Below, piece by piece: positions 50,985 through 64,000 of a stretch of DNA of 64,000 nt. The translations under genes and the position numbers were made by a program. Positions within the stretch are counted from its first letter, which is position 1; every line of letters begins with the position of its first letter. The notes under the pieces are model-generated. The model saw only the letters and a list, made by a program, of their open reading frames with translations. It was not told the DNA's origin and searched no databases. This DNA comes from Octopus sinensis (lineage: Eukaryota). The stretch is taken from positions 27,714,001 through 27,778,000 of the forward strand of contig NC_043009.1 of assembly GCF_006345805.1 (NCBI RefSeq), read 5' to 3'.

Positions 50985-51096
50985 GCAGTAAATAGACAGC
51001 GCACACAGTGGTTTACAAATGGTTGGGTACTTTTGAAAGCATGTTAAGCCAAAGCGTCATTGTTCCCGTCCCCTTCTGAAACAAGAAATATCGGAC
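50985..51096 (-). other. Candidate non-coding (5' UTR or poison) exon
   Basis: Long pyrimidine tract, acceptors TTCTAG| (51096) or TTTCAG| (51075), donor TGC|GTAAGT; CpG-retaining; stop codons in all three frames. Confidence 0.45.
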
Positions 51097-51780
51097 CTAG
51101 AATGTGGAGTGTGTTGAAAAATGAATCAAAAAAGAAAGAAAAAGAAGGAAAGCGTGGAAAAACAAAAACAGTTGAAATAAAAGGAATCAAAGATAAAACT
51201 GGCTACATTGGCAATGATTCAACAAACAAGGCGAGGTTTTTAGTAGGATGCCTTTGGTATAAGTTAAGGACATTTACGTTATTATACATCATACATAATT
51301 AACCATCAACAATACAATATACACAATAAACCTGCAACAGTGTACATAACAGAATTTATGTAGAACATCACACCACATTGCATTAGGCAACTACCAGAAA
51401 ACAAACCATTAACTTGAATAGCTCAGAAAATAGGCGTTGGTGAAATGTTTACCAAATATAAATATGGAATATAGTTGAAAGAGTTCAGAATTATAATTTA
51501 CTGCAGTTCTATCTATTGAACTCTCAAAATTGCAATTCTGAAGATTCACAGATGAAACTGTAAGCAATACTTTTGAACTATTTTCAACTTTAGTTTTTAT
51601 TTATAATACTCTTATCCTAGTATTGAGTTCTTTGTGACTGTTGTTGTCTGTACTGTTGGTCAACAATTACAGAATTTAATCAAAGCAGCAGGATATATGA
51701 AATTATTGTTGCCTATTAAATTGTAGCCCTACAATATGCATATGTAATATGTAACTGTATTAAACATGAAAATAATAATG

Positions 51781-51839
<59 letters not shown>

Positions 51840-51842
51840 CAT

Positions 51843-52038
51843 CTCTATTACAGGCACAAGGCCTAAAATTTTATGGGAGGGGATTAGTCGATTACATCGA
51901 TCCCCAGTGCTTCACTGGTATTTAATTTATCAACTCCGAAAGGATGAAAGGCAAAGTCAATCTCAGCAGAATGTGAACTCAGAATGTAATGACAGACAAA
52001 ATGCCGCTAAGCATTTTGCCTGACATGTTAATGATTCT
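51843..52038 (-). mobile_element. Family A SINE with its head truncated at the LINE junction
   Basis: Body and tail 1 are intact; the sequence switches to LINE coding sequence after GATTCT. Confidence 0.85.
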
Positions 52039-52355
52039 GAGAGGTATGAGTCACTGAAGGAAGGGATTGGAAAGTGGTGGGGGATGAAGAAGGTTTTGGG
52101 GATTTCAGAGGTGATTGGAGCAGTGAGATGCATATTGTAGAATCTTGAGAAGCTTGTAAATGAAATTGGAATTGGTGCAAGGTTTACAGAGAATGCAGAA
52201 GACAAACACTTCTTGGCACAGCAAGGATTTTAAGAAAAGTCTTGTCTGTATTAAGGCATAGGAGAAGAAGGGATCATTATTGACTTGTTGACTACTCCCT
52301 AACTGAAATGAATTGATCATTTTAACATCTATTTGGGATTTACAAAAATGAAACA
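52039..52355 (+). mobile_element. Decayed R4/Dong-clade LINE: RLE endonuclease C-terminus plus 3' UTR
   Basis: ERYESLKEGIGKWWGMKKVLGISEVIGAVRCIL*NLEKLVNEIGI...MQKT/LLGTARILRKVLS matches the KY..L..E....W.....V.P.VIGA.G...QK..LLGTA.ILRKVL signature; one stop and two frameshifts; (TAA)n follows. Confidence 0.9.
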
Positions 52356-52360
52356 TAATG

Positions 52361-52400
<40 letters not shown>

Positions 52401-52420
52401 TAATAATAATAATGTATACT

Positions 52421-52516
52421 GCATACCAATGTATACAATACATTTCTCTGTCCTAGGTGTCAGGAAGATACTCGACAAGAAATGGAAACAGAATTGAAAG
52501 AAGATGCTAATGAAAA
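52421..52516 (+). mobile_element. 3' end of the second R4/Dong-like family, embedded in (TAA)n
   Basis: CCTAGGTGTCAGGAAGATACTCGACAAGAAATGGAAACAGAATTGAAAGAAGATG matches the reverse complement of about 17556-17655. Confidence 0.75.
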
Positions 52517-52535
52517 TAATAATAATAATAATAAC

Positions 52536-52593
<58 letters not shown>

Positions 52594-53759
52594 GGCCAAA
52601 TGAATAAACCATACTACTTAGCCTTGAAAATTTATCAACAAATGAACATAGCCAAGGCTGACTACTCTACAGCCAATTCTAGACAAGAACAAGTTATTGT
52701 CGAATCTATTTGGCAGAGTATAACGTTTTTCACAGATTTGGCATTTGATGAATGTGTGATGACGATTTACTTATCAAAGTGTAATGAAACCAAAATTATT
52801 TATTGTTTTCTCCTTTTTTCCCCAATGCAGATTATACAAACTTAAAAAAAATATATTTAATTTAAGCACAAACAAAAATCAGTGATGTAGTTTTCAAATC
52901 AGTGAAAGAAAAGTTTTGAGAAATTTAAACTTAGAAAATAAGGTACTATATTCCACCATAAAACCAAAATTAATCGTAGCAAAATTGATTTTTTTGGTAT
53001 TATTTTTGAAGAGAAGAAAATGTTTTCTAACTTTGAAGCTGGATTTACTAAATTCCATACACAGTTCATAGAGATTTTGAAAACATAGAAAATGTGTTTT
53101 CTGCTGATAACATGATCAAGATCACAGACAGAACTCATGAATGATGGATTAAAATGCTTGTTCAGCAATGTCTTATATCTTCAGAACTAGCCAAAATAGT
53201 TGAGAAAAATTTCCTTTTTCAAATAAATAAATAAATAGCATAAAAATTAATGTATGGGAATGTATAAACATTGGTAACGGCATTAGACCATGGAAACAGA
53301 ATACCATATGATGATGTCGTGAGAAATCTTATTATTCATTTCCATTTATTGCAGAACCAGATTTGCAGGGACCCAAATAAAGCCATAATCAAAGTTATGA
53401 ACCACAATTGATCAAAAGAAATAGCCATTTTCTTGAAGTAAGGATAAAAAAATATTGGAAGCAATTTGAAATATTGTTCCTAATCATTGTATGTGTCCAC
53501 ATCTATACAAGTATATGTATTCTAACTGTAACATTGTCCACTTTACAGTTGTAATTCCAAAACAACAGCGACAAAAAACAAGTAAAACAAACAAAAACAA
53601 AATAAACAAGTTTTAGCAAATTGTAGCTTTGGCAAAAAGTGTATAAATATACAATCTTTGGAGAGGAGCTCTGTAATATTAGATCTAATTTTTTTCTTCC
53701 AGTTGCTTTAAAATAAGATTTAGATGAATTGCCATTTTTGCTGGTAATAGTAATATAAA

Positions 53760-54088
53760 GTGAGGGCGCATGGCTTAGTGGTTAGGGCATTCGGCTCATG
53801 ATCGTAAGGTTGTGAGTTTTATTCCTGGCGATGCATTGTGTCCTTGAGCAAGATACTTTATTTTACGTTGCTACAGTCCACTCAGCTGGCAAAAATGAGT
53901 TGTACCTGTATTTCAAAAAAGGGCCAGCCTTGTCACACACTGTGTCACTCTGAATCTCTTTGCAAACTACGCTAAAGGTACACATGTCTGTGGAATGCTC
54001 AGTTACTTGTACGTTAATTTCACAAGCAAGCTATTCCATTGATCATATCTGCTGGGACCCTCATCATCGTAACTGATGGAGTGCTCTT
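53760..54088 (+). mobile_element. SINE family C, 13-bp TSD
   Basis: TSD ATAGTAATATAAA at 53747-53759 and 54089-54101. Confidence 0.9.
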
Positions 54089-54743
54089 ATAGTAATATAA
54101 ATTGTGAGTTGAAATTTAACAAACGCTGGGTAACATGCAGAGCCATCATCATCACCATCGTTTTAATGTTCACTTTTCCATGTTTGCCTGGGTGAGATGG
54201 AATTTATGGAGGTCAATTTTCTTGTCACCAACCTTCATCAGTTTCCAAACAAAATAATATTTCCTGGGCATGATTCTACAGAATATTAGAAGTGAACAAT
54301 ACAGCTTGTTTGGCAGTGACACTCATTGACAACTATCCACAATGCCAAAACAATGAGGCACAAACATGCACACATACGCATATGTTGGCAGTGCTCCAGC
54401 ATGGTCACAGCCTTAGGGGTGAAATGCATAAAAGGATAAAAGAAAATATATATCATGGGCTTCTTTCAGTTTCTGTAAACCAAATCCATTCACAAGGGTT
54501 TGGTGGATTTGAAGCTACAGTAACAGATTCTTACCCAAGATGCTACACTGTAGGATTGAACTTGCAATGATGTGGATGGGAAGAAAACTTCTTAACCACT
54601 CTAGGACACCAGTCTAAATTTAAAATTTCTTAAGATTAACTTTGGGTTTATGCAAAGGATTAGTAATATAAGGAAATACTAGAATTTACAATTGTTTGTA
54701 ATGACTCAGTCAGTGATGGAATGGCATTGCCCTTGACTATTTT

Positions 54744-54954
54744 CTGGTGGGAAAGGGGGAAAGAGGAAGAGTGGCTTGAATGCTTGCAACAGAGTAAACT
54801 CTGCAAAAGATAGGTAATGGCCCAGTGCTTTTGCTGAATCAGGGGCTTCCAAGACTGGTGGGAAAGAAGGAAAGCGGAAGAGTGGCTTGAATGCTTGCAA
54901 CAGAGTAAACTCTGCTACAGATAGGTAATGGCCCAGTGCTTTTATTGAATCAGG
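54744..54954. repeat. Tandem duplication with a 111-bp period (about 1.9 copies)
   Basis: CTGGTGGGAAAG...TGAATCAGG starts at both 54744 and 54855 with few differences. Confidence 0.95.
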
Positions 54955-55575
54955 CAACAGAGATATAAGTTTCTCAGAAGTATTGTTACTTTATGACAAC
55001 CACAAAAATAAGTATGTTCTTTCCCTGAATGAAGATAATTAAAATTTCTTTTGAGAAACAAGAATTAGTTTGTGTCAGTTGAGTGTAGATGATATAAGAA
55101 ACAACTTTGTGAAGTACAAATAACAGTAAATTATAAAGACCATTGTCAGACAAATGTCATCATTATAGGTTGTGATTATTGAATCAAACATTCTACGACA
55201 TACGTTTTATATATGTCAGAAATGTAGATCTAAAATGTTTTGCTAGCAAGAATTATGTCAATGAAAAACCTTTTACCAATGTGACCTCACCAATTTAAGG
55301 TTGGCGTAACTCTAAGAAAGATATTTATATCATATAATAGCTGACACTCTGATCAGAGAAATGGATTTTGAGTAGTTATGAAGTGAAAAATATATAAATA
55401 AACAAAACTAAGTGCAGATATATTTCTAACTTAATCAAATTCAAAAAATATATTTTTGCATTAAAAAAAATTAGATGATGGTTAGAGAAAATATTCTTTT
55501 ATAAAAATTGTATTAAAAATATTTCAGTAAAAAAAATCAGATGAAACATTTTGAATATTAATTTTAACATAAGCA

Positions 55576-55978
55576 TACTCTTTTACTCTTTTACTTGTTT
55601 CAGTCATTTGACTGTGGCCATGCTGGAGCACCACCTTTAGTCAAGCAAATCGACCCCAGGACTTATTCTTTGTAAGCCTAGTACTTATTCTATCAGTCTC
55701 TTTTGCTGAACTGCTAAGTTATGGGGATGTAAACACACCAGCATCGGTTGTCAAGCGATGTTGGGGGGGACAAACACAGACACACAAACACATATATATG
55801 CATATATATATATACGACGGGCTTCTTTTAGTTTCCATCTACCAAATCTACTCACAAGGCTTTGGTCAGCCTGAGGCTATAGTAGAAGACACTTGCCCAG
55901 GGTGCCATGCAGTGGGACTGAACCCGGAACCATGTGGTTGGTAAGCAAACTACTTACCATACAGCCACTCCTGCACCT
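55576..55978 (-). mobile_element. Full-length, young SINE family B (tRNA head, CORE-like block, internal TA/TG microsatellite, (TAAAAGAG)n tail)
   Basis: Minus strand AGGTGCAGGAGTGGCTGTATGGTAAGTAG...GGTTCAGTCCCACTGCATGGCACCCTGGGCAAGTGTCTTC; resembles the Octopus CORE-SINEs from memory. Confidence 0.9.
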
Positions 55979-56210
55979 GGTGACAAAAATTTTGGGGGAG
56001 GGGTATGACAGATTATATTTAGACCAGTGCTTTTCTGATACTTTATTTTTTTTACCCCAGGTGGGTGAAAATCAACGATGACCTTGATGGGGTCAAAATG
56101 TAGAAAATAGAAGAGCAATACTAAATACTGCAAGGCATTTTGTTCCCTATATCAACGATTCGGCTAATCCCCAGCCCTTAAAATTTTTTCAATATTATGA
56201 AATGAAATAA

Positions 56211-56425
56211 GGTGGTTACCTGGCAGAACCGTTAGCATGCTTGGCAAAATGCTTTGTGGCATTTTGTCCATCTTTACGTTCTGAGTTCAAATTCCACTAA
56301 GGTCGACTTTGCCTTTCATCCTTTCAGGCTTGATAAGATAAGTACCAGTTATGCACTGGGATCAATGTAATCGACTTACTCCTCTCCCCCCAAACTGCTG
56401 GCCTTGTGTCAAAATTTGAAATCAA
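56211..56425 (+). mobile_element. Family A SINE, head-to-head with a decayed minus-strand copy at about 55980-56178
   Basis: Near-consensus body AGGTCGACTTTGCCTTTCATCCTTTCAGG. Confidence 0.85.
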
Positions 56426-58442
56426 TTTGAAATAAAATGACAATAATGTTTGATTTAAACTCTGGTCTATGGCCTTTTTCTGCTAATGGTCAATGACTAT
56501 TTGCACCTGGCATCTGCCTTTGTATGACGAAGGCCCTTGTCCAAGAGAAAGGCCAGGAGTGAATTAACTAGACTCCAGTGTTGTCTCATATGAGCTCAAA
56601 ATGTAAAGACAGAACCAATACAGAAAACCATTTCTTCCCTAGTTCTAACCATTTTGCTATTACATGGTCCTGAACTTGCACTTTATTTTATCATCCATCA
56701 AAAGATGAAAGAGAAAATATGCTTCAGTAGGATTTGAACTTAGGGTGTAAACAGCTGGAAGAAATACAGCCTTTTTGAGCAATACTGTAAGGATTCTGTC
56801 AATTCCCCCCTTTTGATACAGATCCAGCAAAAATGAAGAGACAGAATGACAAGTCCACAATGTCAGCATGAACATCGTCTAATCACATTTCTCTCTGCCC
56901 TCAAATATATTTGAAGCTTTAGGCCAATATAGTAAATCAATTTTATTTCTAAATTTAAAAATTCCTAACCTCATTATGAACAGAAGTCCTAATACATATA
57001 TTAATTAGCATCAAGTCAATTGTGATATAACTGTGGGGTACACCATCAATAAATCGTATTTGGTCAAGTTGTGAGGATTCTTATTGGTGGGGAGTGACTG
57101 ATAGAACTAGCAGAGAGCTGAAAGAATATATGAGAGAATATTTGTAAGAAGCTGCTAATGAAATTTCTTCATGGAAAATTAGTAAATCAATCTAATTACC
57201 AATTAATCTTAATTATTTAATTAATTAATCTTAACCTCACTTTATGGTTTATTGAAAAGAATTTATACAGAACAAGAGAAGTAGAAGGATTCATACTTAA
57301 AGCATATTAAACAAAATTGTCTGTGGCTTTAAATTCCATTCTTGAACATTTCAAAGTTATTTCATTGAAAATGAATTTAGATGAAACGGCTTAAATACTA
57401 GCTAAAAATAGCAGTTAAAACTTTTTAAAAAACTTAGGATCAAAGAAGGTTTATTAATGAATAATATAATAAAAACATGGAATGCTAGATGGTTTAATAA
57501 GTTTAAATAAAAATTGATTTGATGATCAACAAAATCCACAAATGGATAGCATGAGAAGTAGTGGTGTACTGTTTAAAGTTATTCCAATTTTATAATAGAA
57601 TTTAGCTATGAAATAACTTTGTACAAATGGTTTCATTTGCAATATCTGCCTATCCAATTCCGGTGAGGAAATTTCGAATTGATATGAAATAGCAAACAAA
57701 AATATTCATTTCTAATTTGTTGCTATTATAATAGTTAGAATATATATAGATCTGAAAATATACTGACAGTCTTCAAAGGAAACATCTAAACCATACATTT
57801 ATTCATACAACTCTGCTATTGCATGACATAAAACTTCCAAATAATGAAATTGGATTAAAATTATATTAATGTGGATAACTCAGTGTGTTATGTTATTGTT
57901 AATATTCTACAGAATCCTTGCAAATATGTTCTTCATAATTTTGTTTCTGTTATCACATGATGGCAACTCTCAAAATATTTCAAACTATTCCTTCTGCAAA
58001 ACATGCTGCATTTTTTTTAAAATTCCAAGTCAGCCCATGAAGAAATTATGAGTAAAGTAAATCTCACTATTCAGTCTGATTGTGCTAAAACCAGCATCTC
58101 TCCAATTCTTGTAAAACATATAATAGAATACTGTAAACTACAAATGATGGAATTTAAATATTTTCTATTTTAGCAGATCAAACTCCTCTGTAAAATATTT
58201 CTTGAATAAATACTCTAAAGTGAGTTATGCATTTATGTTGTTAAAATACTTTGTTATTAAAATTATATTAAACTCCATGAATTCAACAGAATAATGTGCA
58301 AAGAAATCTATATTGAACCATGTACGCACACTCAAACACATGTGCATAAAATGCATGCCTGCACGTGGAGACACATGCACACACACACACGCACACACAC
58401 ACGCACACACACACGCGCACACGCACACACACACACACACAC

Positions 58443-58493
<51 letters not shown>

Positions 58494-59355
58494 CAGTGTG
58501 GTTGTGAAATTTGCTTCCCAGTCACATGGTTTTAGGTTGTGTCCCATTACACAGCATTATCAGTAAGGGTCTTTTACGATAGACCTGAGGGAATTTAGTT
58601 GGTAGAAACTGAAAGAAGGAAAAACTGCTGTGTTTGTATGTGTGTGTGTGTGTGTGTCTGTGTGCCTCTGTGTGTGCTTCTGTCTGTTAGTCTCGATATG
58701 ATGTAATATTTGTAAATGAACATCACCATTATCCAAGTGATGTTGTTTGTTTTTGATCTTCCATGAGAAACATAGGGAAAGATTGCCTTGCATAGAACTG
58801 GTGAAGGTTGGCAACAGGGAGGACATCCAGCCGTAGAAAATCTGCCAAAATGAATTCCATATCATCCATGAAAGCATAGAAAAGTGGGTTTGAAAATGAT
58901 GATGTCAGATGCCAAAAATAGAGAAAGCTGATACATACACATACATACACACATATATACATATATAATATACATATATGTGTGTGTGCATAGTACTTGG
59001 AGTTCCTGCACCAGCGGACTTGTTTAAATTTGAGTGCTTGTCTTAAAGGATAAACAGGCAAGAGTTTGTATTGAATACTAAATAAGGAATATTCTAGGTT
59101 TTTACCCATTACAAACTTACAATTCAGGCACACACATATATATATATATATCCACATACATATATATTCTCTTTTATTGGTTTCTATTAGACTTTGGCCA
59201 TGCTGGGGCACTGCTTTCAAAGGTTTTAGTCTATTCTATGAACTCCATCATTTATTTCAGTCTGGTATATATTTAGAGTTCTTTATTCACCAAAAGGCTA
59301 AGTAATACTTTTTGACTCACAACCAGCATTATAAACACTCAGACACACAATCACA

Positions 59356-59433
<78 letters not shown>

Positions 59434-60201
59434 ACACATACACATACACACACAGAAATACATATGGGAATAAGTAGAAATTGGAAAAATAAGTGCTTAG
59501 TAAATAATGCTTGAAGAATGGAATAAGAATGTTCCAGATGCAATTTTGAAGGGTAAACAGCAAGCAATGGGTATAATTTATTTCGATGTTATAAAACCTA
59601 AGACGACAGACACTCTATCAATATATTGCAGGAAAGAAGGGGAATTTGAGGGCGAGAAGGAAATTGGTTAAAAATGGTGATGAGAAGTTCCTTTCCATTA
59701 TCTACAGCGAACATAATTCATCAGAAAAATACATTTATCAATTCCATTTAACGTAGGTTTTCTTTTTCTTTAATGAAATGACTTTTCCGTATCAACCATT
59801 AGCAACATTATTGAATGTGCCAAAGATATTTTTAAGAAGATAATGTAAATATCATAATAAATCTTCCTCTTTCAATTTATTATAAAGAATGAATAATTTT
59901 TTTTCTACACTCAAAGCCCTTTATCAAATTTAAGCAGTAACTTTTTGTTTCTTTTTTTCCTCATCAATTCACTTCTATTTTCTGAGTGAACAAGTTACTT
60001 AAAATCCCAGTGAACAGGACGTTACGAAAGCAGTCAATGCATTTTACAGTCTGTACCTATCGAAAAATAACTGAACTCCCACAGACCAATAATGTAATGC
60101 CACATGATATATATATCTAGTATTGAAAATAAAAAAAAATTACCACACTTGGAGCTTTTAAAGTCCTATGTAACTGAGAAATGGGGTTTCTATTAATCAT
60201 A

Positions 60202-60423
60202 TACGCAGGGGTGTTGAAAAATTCATGGCTTTTGGTAAAGAAAAAATAGAGAAGGATCAGTTAATTATGATTTTATTCAACATATTCCCCTCTCAGATTC
60301 ACAAACTTATTGCAGCAGTCCATCAATTTTACTAAGCCCCATAGAAGAACTTGGAAGGTTGAACCATTAACCAGGCCTTTTGCAATACTTTTAAAGTCAG
60401 GAACTTTTCAGCAGTCCCTCGTA
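60202..60423. mobile_element. Mariner-like MITE, second copy
   Basis: TA-CGCAGGGGTGTTGAAAAATTCATGGCTTT ... AAAGTCAGGAACTTTTCAGCAGTCCCTCG-TA. Confidence 0.85.
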
Positions 60424-61273
60424 TATACCTTCTTTTCCTGGAGTCCATACTGAACTCAAGTGATGCACTGAAATATGTTTTAATCTCATTACAAATATCT
60501 TCATATATAATGCACATTGATAGATATCCTGTGGTCATTCGCATTATATCTATGTACATCTCACTAATATTTAATTACCTTTTGGTCATAAAGCCCTTAG
60601 AGATGATATAAGCACCACAATATCTAATTTCCACTCTTAGAAATCTGAGGTATCTGAACATATAAGAAATTAATAATCTTTCATAATTATTCTGTTGTCA
60701 GCCACCTTTAGAACTTTGGTCACCGAATATAAATTGATATTGGTTTAACTGATATGATCATATAATACCCTTCTCTTTAATGTATATCACACAATGTACA
60801 TAAACAAATAGAATTATATACACTAAAGTGGTTGCTGACAGGGAGGATGCCCAGCTCTTGAAAACGTTTCCCAAAATGGAATGTACAGTAAGATATGGTC
60901 TCCAATCTATCTTGGAGGCCAGTTGCTTTGAATAAAAACTGATTCTATCTGCGATGATCTTTCCAATCTAGATTGGGATATAAAGGTGACATAAAAACAT
61001 GATATTGAATGCTGATGTCATTAAATGACATAAAAATGTCTGGAACGTGAAGAATTAAGCCTGCTGCATTAATTTCGGTGATCAACTTTTAATAAATGTT
61101 TATAAGAATGAGGCATGAATCTCATTTATTTGTATAGCATCACAAAATACAGGATGAGGCAAAAACCTCCCACGCTTCATTTGTTTCAGCTGGCAACAGT
61201 CGGCTGCATCACACAGCCTCTCACAACCAATTGATGCTACATTACTGTCTTTGTTGCATTATTGGGGGCACAA

Positions 61274-61420
61274 TGGTTCTGAGTTCAAATTCCACCGAGG
61301 TCGACTTTGCCTTTCATCCTTTCAGGACTGATAAATTAAGTACCAGTTTGTACTGGGGTAGATCTAATCGACTGTCCCCCCTCCCCCGAAATTTCGGGCC
61401 TTGTGCCTTGAGTAGAAAAG
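61274..61420 (+). mobile_element. 5'-truncated family A SINE, ~16-bp TSD
   Basis: ATTATTGGGGG(G)CACAA at 61258-61273 and 61421-61437. Confidence 0.9.
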
Positions 61421-61466
61421 ATTATTGGGGGGCACAACAACACTTAGAAACATGCTGTTGCTGCCT

Positions 61467-61544
<78 letters not shown>

Positions 61545-62313
61545 CTACTGCTGCTGCTGCTGCTGCAAATGGAAAGTTTTTCTGTCTCACTTTGTGAATA
61601 GGCAAATATGGTTGACTCTGTACAAAACCAGATACGTTGAATATGGTTGACTGACGCATTCTGAGGTTTTGACTAGTTCTCATTTTATTGATTCTAGTTG
61701 CATGAAATGTAAAGTTAACTGTGACAGGGTGCACAGCTTTGCACTCTGAGTTTAAACCCTGCTGGGATCAGCTTTTTTCTTTTGTTCTTTCAGGGTCAAT
61801 AAATAAAGTACCAATCTAGTAGGCTAGTTTTTGCAGATTTGTTAGACAAATGGATGGGATGCATTACAGTAGTGGCTATCCTGAATCATTGTATCCTGAG
61901 TTCAAATCTCACTCTGTATGACCTTTTTCCCCACAGCCGAAAATACGTCCTTTAGAACCTGCCTAACAGTGAAGGGTAGCCAGCAAGAGATAAAAAAACC
62001 CATAAATTAAAGCAACCTCTTGTTAGCATCAATAAAACAAGTAGGCTCTGCATAAAGCAAAATAAATGCTTGAATAGACATTAAAATAATTTCTTTGTTT
62101 AATGGTATCATTTCTGGCACTCTACCATTTTTTGACACTCTATCAATTTATTTTAGCTATAATTTCTTCTAACTATGCCAAAACTGTTTGTATTTGAATA
62201 AAATAACTCCAATATATCACTGATACCATTTTTCAATAGTCATTTCTAAGAGAAAAAATTAAATTGTTTGGCAATGAAGAAATGATGATCTTTAAAGAGG
62301 TATCATAAATAAT

Positions 62314-62526
62314 CTTTTCTACTCTAGGAACAAGGCCCAAAATTTTGGGGAAGGGGCCAGTCGATTAGATTGACACCAGTACACAACTGAGAATTAATTT
62401 ATCGACCTTGAAAGGATGAAAGGCAAAGTCAATCTCAGCAGAATTTGAATTCAGAATGTAAAGACAGAAAAAATACCACTAAGTATTTCATCTGGCGTGC
62501 TAATGTTTCTGCCAGTTTGCCGCCTT
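62314..62526 (-). mobile_element. Family A SINE, 18-bp TSD
   Basis: AGAGGTATCATAAATAAT at 62296-62313 and 62527-62544. Confidence 0.9.
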
Positions 62527-63809
62527 AGAGGTATCATAAATAATAGTGAAGAAATACTACAAATCTGCATGGTTTTCTATTTGGCATCCTCTTCTTATCG
62601 ATGTTGAAAGGAATTTAATAGGCTTTGCAGATATGAACATTTACAAATTTTCAAATTGCTATTGGGTACCGTTTTTATCATATGCACTACCTATCTGTAA
62701 AGTGAGAGCATACGTAAACCTTCAATAAGTCTCTCAGTAACAGACTTCCAAGAAGAAAGATTGAACTGTCAGAATTATTGTTTATGAACACAGACTTCTT
62801 AGCTATTTCGAAATCTCTTGACAGAAAATAGTAGTCAGTCTCAATTAACAATAAAATATTTTGAATGAGACAAAGTAGTTATAAATACATTTCACCTAAA
62901 ATCAATGATAATGACAAAATTTGCATACCTATCCAATCTGTTAAAAAAAATGACAGAAAGTAAGTTTTTGAACGACGAAATAAAATTCGATTAATTTTCT
63001 AATTTTAGTCAGTTGCTTTTCATTGTGTTTTAGTATTGTTTTTGTTATTTTTCCATTTTCAAAAGTTCTAGTGCATTCCTTCACTCTATTATTACCATTT
63101 CTAACAATGCACTTGTGGAACTTGCAGAGTATCAACTGTCTTTTACTTAATTTCAGAATACAATTTAAGATCATAAGTTCAAATTTAGTTCTGCATATTT
63201 AATTACAAAAGGGTACGGGAAAAGAATGTGTGGTGGAGTATGTTCGAAGTACATAGTAATGTGATCAAAATCAGATATTCTACATACATTTTCAGACTGT
63301 GTGACTACATATGAATTGCCATAAATAGATAAACACTTACAAAGAGAGATGAAGACAAACTGACTGATAGAGAGAGAGAGGTTGACTCCAACTAACCGGG
63401 CTCAATTCACAAGAACATTGGTATGCTTATGTATGTGGAATCACAAAAGATCACACTTATTCCTTCTGTCACACACACACACACACACAAGCAAACACAT
63501 ATGCTCATACACATATACATACACAAACCCAGTATCACACGCACACACATGCATGTGTATGTGGCGGGGTATATCCTTGTTAACTCACAAATAAAGAATA
63601 TTTACCCACCAATGTGGTGTTCAACACTCATTCTCACTGTTTGATATTAGTGTATAAATATATATTATCATCATCATCATCTAATGTCCACTTTCCATAC
63701 TGGATGGGTTGGATACACACGCACACACACACACACATAAATACATACATATATGTATATAGACATATATATGTATATATATATGTATATATGTATGTAT
63801 ATAAGTATA

Positions 63810-63843
<34 letters not shown>

Positions 63844-63900
63844 ACATATACTTATATACATACATATATACATATATATATATATACATATAATATATAC

Positions 63901-63938
<38 letters not shown>

Positions 63939-64000
63939 ATATATATATGTATGTATATATATATATATGTATGTATATATATATATGTATGTATATATAT

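Noticed and set aside
61185-61202. miR-216-like sequence TCAGCTGGCAAC
   Set aside because: The seed region does not match and there is no surrounding hairpin.
876-63936. The many ORFs in the six-frame track as protein-coding genes
   Set aside because: They are low-complexity translations of microsatellites (YIYI, HTHT, CVCV, poly-I/M/H/N) or of SINEs. Only the hAT peptide in 15700-15924 has recognisable homology.

Overview
AT-rich, microsatellite-dense eukaryotic DNA with no intact protein-coding gene. Nearly every ORF in the supplied track is a translation of (TA)n, (CA)n, (AAT)n or (GAT)n repeats or of SINE sequence. The repeat families resemble those of coleoid cephalopods, probably Octopus; this is recalled from memory and has not been confirmed by a search. 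The window holds at least four SINE-type families, several with clear 10-18 bp TSDs. It also holds non-autonomous DNA transposons with diagnostic TIR/TSD signatures (hAT x3, piggyBac x2, mariner x2, MULE x1, and an unclassified 42-bp-TIR foldback family x3), decayed R4/Dong-type LINE ends in (TAA)n, a Tc1 transposase remnant and a Helitron-like end. The most interesting signal is four hammerhead-ribozyme-like motifs on the minus strand, one of them in a tRNA-headed SINE-like element and one closed by a 37-bp stem. Second is a series of strong minus-strand splice signals, including a polypyrimidine-CAG|GTAAGA site that could be a recursive splice site. These suggest the window lies in the long 5' introns of a large minus-strand gene. 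Also noted are a pre-miRNA-sized hairpin and nested or multimeric SINE structures. All exon and ribozyme calls are hand-read hypotheses.
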